Part shown: positions 1-6,793 of the stretch, in pieces | Layout of the letters: every line of letters begins with the position of its first letter | Position numbering within the stretch: position 1 is the stretch's first letter | Assembly: GCA_042217695.1 (NCBI GenBank) | Contig: JBDGSE010000044.1 | Location: 1-18,925, forward strand | Length of the DNA stretch: 18,925 nucleotides | Direction of reading: 5' to 3' | Source: Candidatus Nanohaloarchaea archaeon | Lineage (GTDB): Archaea; Nanohalarchaeota; Nanosalinia; Nanosalinales; Nanosalinaceae | Program-made: the position numbers and the translations under genes | The notes under the pieces: generated by a model | What the model was told of the DNA's origin: nothing | What the model saw: only the letters and a program-made list of their open reading frames with translations | Databases searched by the model: none

Positions 1-1
1 C

Positions 2-2038
2 ATGCTTGACGACCTCTTCCTTCCTGAAAAAGTGGCAGTCGTAGGAGCCTCCAGAGAGGAGGGAAAAACCGGTCACGAGGTATTCGACAACCTGCTCCAC
101 GACTTCGAGGGAGAGGTGGTCCCTGTAAACCCGAACGCCGACGAGGTACACGGCGTAGAGGCAGAGGACTCGGTTCCGGGAGACACTGACATGGCTGTCA
201 TAGCGGTTCCTTCCAAGATAGTTCCGGAGATCATGGACGATCTGGCCGCGAAAAACGTTTCAGCGGCGATAATAATCTCTGCCGGTTTCTCCGAGACAGG
301 GAACGAGGATCTGGAGAAAGAGGTGCTGGAAAAAGCCGAGGATAACGATATCGCGCTCTTGGGTCCTAACGTGCTCGGACTCATAAACACGGAGAACTCG
401 ATGAACGCCTCTTTCGCCTCGAAGATGCCCTCCCCGGGCGATATATCCTTCATGTCCCAGAGCGGGGCTTTCTGCACCGCTATACTTGATTACGCGAAGG
501 CCGAACACCTTGGTTTCAGGCATTTCGTCTCGCTGGGAAACAAGGCGATGCTGAACGAGGTGGACTTCCTGAAAAAGTGGAGGGAAGACGAAACAGAGGT
601 GATACTTTCCTACACCGAGGGAATCGAAAACGGTCGGGAGTTCATGGAGGAGGCCCGGAAAACCGCCCGCCACAAACCTATCGTGGTTGTTAAATCCGGG
701 AGAACAGAGAAAGGCGGTGAAGCCGCCTCGACCCATACAGGCAGCATAGCGGGAAGCTACCAGGCCTATGAGGCCGCGTTCAGGAAGGCAGGGGTAATAG
801 AGGCTGAATCCAACCGGGAACTGGTGGATTTCGGCCGCGCTTTCTCATACCAGGACTTGCCCGAAGGAAAAAACGTTGCGGTCGTAACCAACGCAGGAGG
901 CCCGGGAGTGGTGACGGCCGACGAGATATCGGAGCACGGTCTTGAACTCGCGGAGTTCTCCCCGAAGACAGAGGAAAAACTGGAGGAGTTCATGCCGGAG
1001 GAGGCCTCGATACACAACCCTCTTGACGTTATAGGGGATGCAGGCCATGAACGCTACAAGAAGGCGCTGGAAACTGTTTCGGACGAGGAAAACGCTGACT
1101 CGGTTCTCGTGCTACTGACGCCGCAGGCCAACACCGAGATAGAGAAGACGGCGAAAACGATAGTCAAAGCCTCTGAAGAGACCGATAAACCGGTTTTCGC
1201 CTGTTTCCTGGGCGAGAGAGATGTCTCTGCCGGCGTGGACATACTTGAAGAAGGGGGTGTGCCCGATTTCCGGGACCCTGTGGACGCCGTTAAAACACTG
1301 AGGTCGATGAACCAGTACCGGCGCTTCCTGGAGGAGGAAGAGACTTTTGTCGAGGTAGAGCACGATGAAGAGAAGGTTTCGGAGGCGATGGAAGATGTTT
1401 CCCGCTACGAGAACGCCGAGAAACTGCTGGAGGCCTACGGTTTCGACTTCCCGCTTACGAAAGTAGCGGAGACTCCGCGGGAGGCAGAGGAAGCGGCCTC
1501 CAAGGTCGGGTACCCGGTCGTCCTGAAGATAGATTCTCCGGACATCAGCCACAAGACCGATGTAGATGGGATAAGGGCCGGGCTGGAGAGCCGGCAGGAA
1601 GTGAACCAGGGATACCAGGAGATAGTCGATTCGGTCTACGACAACAGGCCGGGCGCAGAGATAGAAGGTGTGCAGGTACAGGAGGAGATGGACGGGCTGG
1701 AGGTCGCGCTAGGCATGCAGAGAGACCCTCAGTTCGGCCCGATGGTGATGGCGGGCCTTGGCGGCATCTACATCGAGGCCCTTCATGACGTGTCGTTTGG
1801 TGTGGCGCCGATATCCGAGGAGGAGGCCGAGGAGATGATAGAGGAGCTCCGGTCCCACGAACTTTTCGAAGGGGTCCGCGGGGAAGAACACTCGATGGAA
1901 CCGGTGAAAGAGGCCATAATCCGGCTTGGAGAACTCGCTCTCGACAACGAGAACATCCGGTCGATAGACATCAATCCCCTGATACTGAAGCAGAAATCCG
2001 CCTACGTGGCCGATATCGAGATAGACCTGGAAAAATAA
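2..2038 (+). CDS. acdAB: ADP-forming acetate--CoA ligase (acetyl-CoA synthetase), fused alpha-beta subunits
   Basis: 678 aa. N-terminal CoA-binding fold (VAVVGAS...GHEVFDNL, LLGPNVLG), SQSGA, phospho-His segment ASTHTGSIAG, TNAGGPGV, NPLDV, and C-terminal ATP-grasp (GYPVVLKIDSPDISHKTDV, DPQFGPMVMAGLGG, DINPL). Confidence 0.95.
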   Translation: MLDDLFLPEKVAVVGASREEGKTGHEVFDNLLHDFEGEVVPVNPNADEVHGVEAEDSVPGDTDMAVIAVPSKIVPEIMDDLAAKNVSAAIIISAGFSETGNEDLEKEVLEKAEDNDIALLGPNVLGLINTENSMNASFASKMPSPGDISFMSQSGAFCTAILDYAKAEHLGFRHFVSLGNKAMLNEVDFLKKWREDETEVILSYTEGIENGREFMEEARKTARHKPIVVVKSGRTEKGGEAASTHTGSIAGSYQAYEAAFRKAGVIEAESNRELVDFGRAFSYQDLPEGKNVAVVTNAGGPGVVTADEISEHGLELAEFSPKTEEKLEEFMPEEASIHNPLDVIGDAGHERYKKALETVSDEENADSVLVLLTPQANTEIEKTAKTIVKASEETDKPVFACFLGERDVSAGVDILEEGGVPDFRDPVDAVKTLRSMNQYRRFLEEEETFVEVEHDEEKVSEAMEDVSRYENAEKLLEAYGFDFPLTKVAETPREAEEAASKVGYPVVLKIDSPDISHKTDVDGIRAGLESRQEVNQGYQEIVDSVYDNRPGAEIEGVQVQEEMDGLEVALGMQRDPQFGPMVMAGLGGIYIEALHDVSFGVAPISEEEAEEMIEELRSHELFEGVRGEEHSMEPVKEAIIRLGELALDNENIRSIDINPLILKQKSAYVADIEIDLEK

Positions 2039-2062
2039 ATACTGGTTTCTCCCATTAGAGTT

Positions 2063-2299
2063 GTGGCGGATACCCGGGACATCTTCGACAGGCTGGCCGA
2101 GGCCAAGCTCCAGGACTTCACAGATCCGGAACTGGTCGAGCTCCACATGAAGGCGGCAAACCACCTGGAGGAGGCAGTGGTCCAGGAATACGACGGCAGG
2201 GGCGACCAATCCGAATACGAGGCCCGGCTAGCGGAGAAAAGACTGGAAAGTTTCCGGTCGACAAGGGACTGGAAGGGTTCTCTCTACGACCGCTCCTAG
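2063..2299 (+). CDS. small acidic hypothetical protein (78 aa)
   Basis: GTG start 24 nt after the acd stop. Acidic, helical composition like the neighbouring genes. Fills the gap, and its stop overlaps the convergent gene's stop at CTAG (2296-2299). Confidence 0.65.
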   Translation: MADTRDIFDRLAEAKLQDFTDPELVELHMKAANHLEEAVVQEYDGRGDQSEYEARLAEKRLESFRSTRDWKGSLYDRS

Positions 2300-2709
2300 A
2301 AAGATGTCTCCCCTATCTCCACTTTTATGTCGCCGGTGAAAACCGGCATCTTTACAAGCTGGTCTATCCCGTAATCCCGGGCCTTCTCCAGGAAGGCCTC
2401 CCGCGACTCTCTCCCCGGTTCGAGCTCCTTACCGAACTCTGCCAGCTCGTCTACCGCCTCTGATCCCGGTCTTTCGTAGGCATATGGTTCGTCCATCACA
2501 TGTTCGGGTATCTCCTCGAGAGCCTGTCTGGCAAGTTCGAAACGGCCAGGTAGTTCGCCTTCAAGGGTTTCTTCCCGGAGCACCATGTACTCCGTGTAGT
2601 CCATCAGGCCTGTCCTGGCGGTCTCCGGGTATTCCCCGAGCGGCCGGGAATCGAACTGTAACAGGTCTTCCCCGTCCTCAAGGTAGAAGAAGACCGTGGG
2701 TTGTGACAT
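2296..2709 (-). CDS. acidic hypothetical protein (137 aa)
   Basis: ATG start, E/D-rich like the rest of the proteome, divergent from the malic enzyme gene across an AT-rich gap. No family recognised. Confidence 0.75.
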   Translation of the reverse strand: MSQPTVFFYLEDGEDLLQFDSRPLGEYPETARTGLMDYTEYMVLREETLEGELPGRFELARQALEEIPEHVMDEPYAYERPGSEAVDELAEFGKELEPGRESREAFLEKARDYGIDQLVKMPVFTGDIKVEIGETSF

Positions 2710-2766
2710 AGGATGTTCTGAGAGCCTGAATTATTTATCTCGCCCGGAAGAGTTTAGAAGTTTGAG

Positions 2767-3933
2767 ATGGATTTCCTGTCCATGGTAGACAGAGTAAAGG
2801 CGCTGGAGACACACTCTAAAAATCCTGGCAAGATATCCGTGGAGGCCTCCGTGGAGATAGAATCCCGGGAAGACCTTGACATGGTCTACACGCCCGGGGT
2901 GGCGGAGCCCTGTAAAGAGATCGATGCCGACAGGGAGAGTGTATACGAATACACCTCGAAGGGAAACCTTGTGGCGGTTGTGTCGGACGGTTCTGCTGTA
3001 CTCGGCCTGGGAGACATAGGGCCTGAGGCCTCGATGCCGGTTATGGAGGGCAAGGCCAACCTGATGAAGAAGTTCGGAGGCGTGGACGGTTTTCCCGTCG
3101 TTCTGGATGCCGATGGACCCGGAGAGATAGTTGAATCTGTTGAAAGGATGGCGCCGACCTTTGGAGCTATCAATCTCGAGGACATCAAGGCCCCGAGATG
3201 CTTCGAGGTAGAGCAGAGACTGAAGGAACGGCTGGACATCCCGGTTTTCCACGACGACCAGCACGGCACCGCCATAGTGGTTCTTGCGGCACTGGAGAAC
3301 GCGCTGGAACTTGTTGACAGGGATCTGGAGGAGGTCAGGATCGCTATCAGTGGGGCGGGAGCCTCAGGTATCGCTGTGGCAAACTTCCTGCTCGACGCCG
3401 GCGCTGGAGAGGTAGTGGTCTCTGATTCAGAGGGCATCCTCCAGGAAGACGATGAAAACCCGTACAAAGCGGAGCTTGCAGCCAGGACGCCCCAGGAGGA
3501 GGGCGGGCTCGAGGACGCCATGGAGAGAGCGGATGTCTTCATAGGGCTCTCTGCAGGGGGGATAGTTTCGCAGGAGATGGTTGAGTCCATGGGAGACGAT
3601 GCGATAGTTTTCGCGCTTGCCAACCCTGAACCGGAGATAATGCCTTCCGAGGCAAAGGATGCGGGAGCCGAGATAGTGGCCACAGGCCGCTCCGACTTCG
3701 AGAACCAGGTCAACAACTCTCTGGCGTTCCCCGGCGTCTTCAGAGGTGTTCTTGATGTAAAGGCCTCTGAGGTAAACGAGGAGATGAAGATAGCGGCTTC
3801 GGAGGCCATCTCGTCATCTGTGGAGCCTCGAAAAGATTCTATAGTCCCTGAGACCCTTGACCGGGAACTGGCAGAGGATATAGCCCGTGCGGTCAAGCAG
3901 GCCGCTCGGGAAACAGGTGTTGCGAGGGAGTAG
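2767..3933 (+). CDS. mae: NAD(P)-dependent malic enzyme (short type, no PTA domain)
   Basis: Motifs VYTPGVAEPC, VAVVSDGSAVLGLGDIGP, PVMEGKA, INLEDIKAPRCF, PVFHDDQHGTAIV, GAGASG, FALANPEPEI, ATGRSDFENQVNNSLAFPG. The start could be the ATG at 2782. Confidence 0.95.
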   Translation: MDFLSMVDRVKALETHSKNPGKISVEASVEIESREDLDMVYTPGVAEPCKEIDADRESVYEYTSKGNLVAVVSDGSAVLGLGDIGPEASMPVMEGKANLMKKFGGVDGFPVVLDADGPGEIVESVERMAPTFGAINLEDIKAPRCFEVEQRLKERLDIPVFHDDQHGTAIVVLAALENALELVDRDLEEVRIAISGAGASGIAVANFLLDAGAGEVVVSDSEGILQEDDENPYKAELAARTPQEEGGLEDAMERADVFIGLSAGGIVSQEMVESMGDDAIVFALANPEPEIMPSEAKDAGAEIVATGRSDFENQVNNSLAFPGVFRGVLDVKASEVNEEMKIAASEAISSSVEPRKDSIVPETLDRELAEDIARAVKQAARETGVARE

Positions 3934-3963
3934 GCCTTTAAGGAGCTTCGAGAATTTAAGGGT

Positions 3964-4365
3964 ATGGACGCTCCCGACGAATTTTCCGGCCAGCTCGACG
4001 GGCTTGACGCCGGACTAGTGGCTGATATAATAGAGGAGGTCTTTGATGGTTCTGAGCTGGAGCTGGGAGTTCTCTCACAGCAGGCCTTTGAGGACGTGTT
4101 TCCCAACTATGTCCGGTTTGGCTGGTCCAAGGTGCCTGGTGAAACGAATTATATCTGCCCCCATGGAAACAGGGCGGAGGCCAAGGAGGGATCCGGGTCA
4201 AGGGAGTGTGGCTGTCCATCGCCGGGAGCGGTCCATCCCGAGTCCTACAGGCGGACGTTGACACGGACAAAATCCTATTCAGATCTCCAGCAAAAGGTCG
4301 GGGAGTTACGGGATAACGGTGTTTCAAGGGAAGAGGGGGAACAGATGTTCCTCCCTGGATCTTAG
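3964..4365 (+). CDS. hypothetical protein (133 aa) with a Cys/His cluster
   Basis: ATG about 25 nt downstream of a TTTAAG element. Acidic N-terminus. Contains CPH-x16-CGC-x6-H. Fills the gap between mae and map. Confidence 0.75.
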   Translation: MDAPDEFSGQLDGLDAGLVADIIEEVFDGSELELGVLSQQAFEDVFPNYVRFGWSKVPGETNYICPHGNRAEAKEGSGSRECGCPSPGAVHPESYRRTLTRTKSYSDLQQKVGELRDNGVSREEGEQMFLPGS

Positions 4366-4415
4366 TCCTGGAGCGGTCATCGATTGGTTTAACTGTAAGG
4401 TGTTAATCTTACCGT

Positions 4416-5309
4416 ATGGAAGAAGAGGTAAAGCAGCACTACATCCGTGCCGGAGAGGCGATACAGAAGGCCCGGAAAACCGCGCGCGAAGTTGCAAAAC
4501 CCGGTACGAACCTGAAGGTCATCTCTGACACTATCGAGGACCAGATACGGGAGGCCGGGCTTGAACCCGCGTTCCCCGTGAACCTTTCGATCGATGACGA
4601 GGCCGCCCACTACACCCCTCCGCCGCAGGAAGACCGCGAACTGAAACCGGATGACGTCCTGAAGATAGATATCGGCGCACATTCTGACGGTTACATCGCA
4701 GATACAGCGCTCACGGTAAATCCCTCCGGGAGCCGCCAGGAGATGATAGACACTGTTGAAGAAGTGCTTGAAGCCGCCCTGGATTTCCTGGAGCCGGGCA
4801 GGACGGTCGAGGAGTTTGGCGCCCACGTCGAGTCCCAGATCCCCGACGGGTACGAACCCATACGGAACCTGACAGGTCACTACCTGGGGCGTTACACTCA
4901 ACACGCAGGTGTTTCGATACCCAACGTGGATAACGGTTCCAGCCACGTGTTCAGGGAGGGCGACGCTGTTGCGATCGAGCCTTTCCTCACGGATGGCAGC
5001 GGTCAGATAAAGGAAGGCGCTCCGGGAAACATCTACAAGATGGAGTCCGACAGGAACGTCCGTGGAAGGGTGGAAAGAAGAATGCTCGGCGAGATAAAGA
5101 CTTTCGACGGCCTGCCCTTCACCACTCGCTGGTTTGATTCCTACACGGGGAGGGAAAAGATGGCGATGAAGAAGCTGGTGGATGCCGGCATAGTACATTC
5201 CTACCCTGTCCTCAAGGAGATAAACGGCGGTACAGTGGCGCAGGCGGAGCACACCGTTCTTGTGGGTGCGGATGACGGCGAGAACGTGGTAACTACTCGT
5301 CAGGGTTGA
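4416..5309 (+). CDS. map: methionine aminopeptidase type II
   Basis: AFPVNLSIDDEAAHYTP, KIDIGAHSDGYIADTA, NLTGH, HAGVSIPN, AIEPF, type II insert (GLPFTTRW), YPVLKE...VAQAEHTV. Confidence 0.97.
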   Translation: MEEEVKQHYIRAGEAIQKARKTAREVAKPGTNLKVISDTIEDQIREAGLEPAFPVNLSIDDEAAHYTPPPQEDRELKPDDVLKIDIGAHSDGYIADTALTVNPSGSRQEMIDTVEEVLEAALDFLEPGRTVEEFGAHVESQIPDGYEPIRNLTGHYLGRYTQHAGVSIPNVDNGSSHVFREGDAVAIEPFLTDGSGQIKEGAPGNIYKMESDRNVRGRVERRMLGEIKTFDGLPFTTRWFDSYTGREKMAMKKLVDAGIVHSYPVLKEINGGTVAQAEHTVLVGADDGENVVTTRQG

Positions 5310-5814
5310 ACTCGCACAGGTCGGGGTCTCCAAGGTCGGACAGGTAGTAGAGCAGGAGAGCCAGGCCGCCTATCCTCACCAAGTCGCCGCTGAAAGGCAT
5401 CGCCGCCAGCGCCCCTGTGAAACCGAGAAGCCCGATTATTCCTGCTCCGCAGGAGGCGCAACCGCTTACCAGTATCCCTGGCAGTACACCAGCGAAGGCC
5501 TGCGCTCCTGAACGGGCGGAGATAGCGAAACTCACCAGGGCCACACCGGTCAGGGGAGCGTATAGTGCTGTTATGAAGAGCGTGTTGTAGCCCATGCTTG
5601 CCGCTATGTTCAGGCTGAGGTCTTTAACCGCTATCAAAGTCGGTAAAAACCCGGAGGAAATCATCTGCATGGAGTAACCTGGGAAGGAGCTCAGCACCAG
5701 CAGGGAATAGGCCACGAACGTTATGGCTGTGACGGAGAACAGTCTTTCTGGGCTGCGTCCCATCGCGCGGAACGAATCCTCTACCGCTCTAAAGCGTTTC
5801 TCCAGCAGAGCCAT
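5293..5814 (-). CDS. multi-pass membrane protein with CxxC motif (SGCASCG)
   Basis: 173 aa, 4-5 hydrophobic segments, GCASCG and a C-terminal DPDLC. The ATG lies 1 nt after the stop of the upstream DsbA-like gene. The 3' end overlaps map by 17 nt (convergent). Confidence 0.85.
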   Translation of the reverse strand: MALLEKRFRAVEDSFRAMGRSPERLFSVTAITFVAYSLLVLSSFPGYSMQMISSGFLPTLIAVKDLSLNIAASMGYNTLFITALYAPLTGVALVSFAISARSGAQAFAGVLPGILVSGCASCGAGIIGLLGFTGALAAMPFSGDLVRIGGLALLLYYLSDLGDPDLCEFNPDE

Positions 5815-5815
5815 T

Positions 5816-6733
5816 TTATTCGGCCAGTTCAGATTCTATGGCTTTTTGGAAGTTCATGAACGGCTGCGCCCCGACTATCTTCTGGTTCTCCACGAATACT
5901 GTCGGCGTGCCGCCTACACCCTTTCTCGATCCCTGCTGGAAGTCTTCCCGTACTTCCGGGAGTTCTTCTTTGTTGTTGTAGCACTGTTTGAACTGCTGGA
6001 CGTCGAGGCCTGTCTGTTCCGCCCACCGAACCATGGAACGGTCGAACAGCGTCTGGTTGGTCTTGTAGAGGTTGGTAAGCAGATCCTTGTTGTTGAAGAA
6101 CCCTTTCTGGAACGTCCAGAACGCCTTGACGTCCTGGTTGAGCGCGCATTCGGAGGCTATTGCCGCGTCCACTGCCCAGGGATGTATGTTGCTTAACGGG
6201 AAATGCTTGTAGAAGTACTGTACTTTCCCTTTGCTTATGTAGTTCTTGACTATGTCCTGGTAGGCGCCTTGGTGGTAACGATTGCAGAACGGGCATTCAA
6301 AGTCCTCGTAGGCCACCATGGTTACCTCTGCGTCCGGGTTCCCTATGTAGGGTTCTCCAGTCACCTTGGCGGTGAGGTTATCCATGGGCTCGGAGGAGTC
6401 CGCGATCCCTGTCGGGATGCCCTTGTAGGGGTATTCCGTGTTCTTCAGTTCCACGAGCCTCGAGTTGGATGGAGAACTACCGGCTTTACCGACATCTCCG
6501 GCCATGAGAGACATCCCGAAACCGCCGAGCACAAGTCCGAGGAAGAAAGATAGTGCGAGAGCCTGGTTCAGGCTGAGCACGAGTTTCTCTCCTCTTGGAA
6601 GTATGCCGGAACTGTTTCCTGTCTCGTCCATGCTTTTCTCATCTCCTTCATGTGCCTGTGATTTGTGGACCTTGAGTCCTCTCTGGGAGTCGAAACTCCT
6701 GCCGCATTCGTCGCACCGGTGTTCCTCGGCCAT
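5816..6733 (-). CDS. DsbA/BdbD-family thioredoxin-fold protein with N-terminal C2H2 zinc finger and membrane anchor
   Basis: CDEC-x12-H-x4-H at residues 7-28, TM segment ALALSFFLGLVLGGFGMSLM, GNPDAEVTMVAYEDFECPFC active site, KHFPL, AAIASECA, cis-Pro loop GVGGTPTVFV, GAQP. Confidence 0.92.
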   Translation of the reverse strand: MAEEHRCDECGRSFDSQRGLKVHKSQAHEGDEKSMDETGNSSGILPRGEKLVLSLNQALALSFFLGLVLGGFGMSLMAGDVGKAGSSPSNSRLVELKNTEYPYKGIPTGIADSSEPMDNLTAKVTGEPYIGNPDAEVTMVAYEDFECPFCNRYHQGAYQDIVKNYISKGKVQYFYKHFPLSNIHPWAVDAAIASECALNQDVKAFWTFQKGFFNNKDLLTNLYKTNQTLFDRSMVRWAEQTGLDVQQFKQCYNNKEELPEVREDFQQGSRKGVGGTPTVFVENQKIVGAQPFMNFQKAIESELAE

Positions 6734-6757
6734 GGTTTAATTCTGTTGTACCGATCG

Positions 6758-6765
6758 ATTAATAA
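6758..6765 (-). promoter_or_regulatory. putative TATA box (TTATTAAT) for the dsbA-like operon
   Basis: AT-rich octamer 25-32 nt upstream of the ATG at 6733, the spacing expected for a leaderless archaeal transcript. Confidence 0.5.
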
Positions 6766-6793
6766 GGGCGGGGTTACCTCCGGGTTACGCCAT

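Noticed and set aside
2886..4106. 406-aa minus-strand ORF
   Set aside because: Ser/Pro-rich antisense shadow of the malic enzyme gene, produced by codon bias of acidic proteins. No motifs.
4389..5333. 314-aa minus-strand ORF
   Set aside because: Completely antisense to the well-supported map gene, with shadow-type composition.
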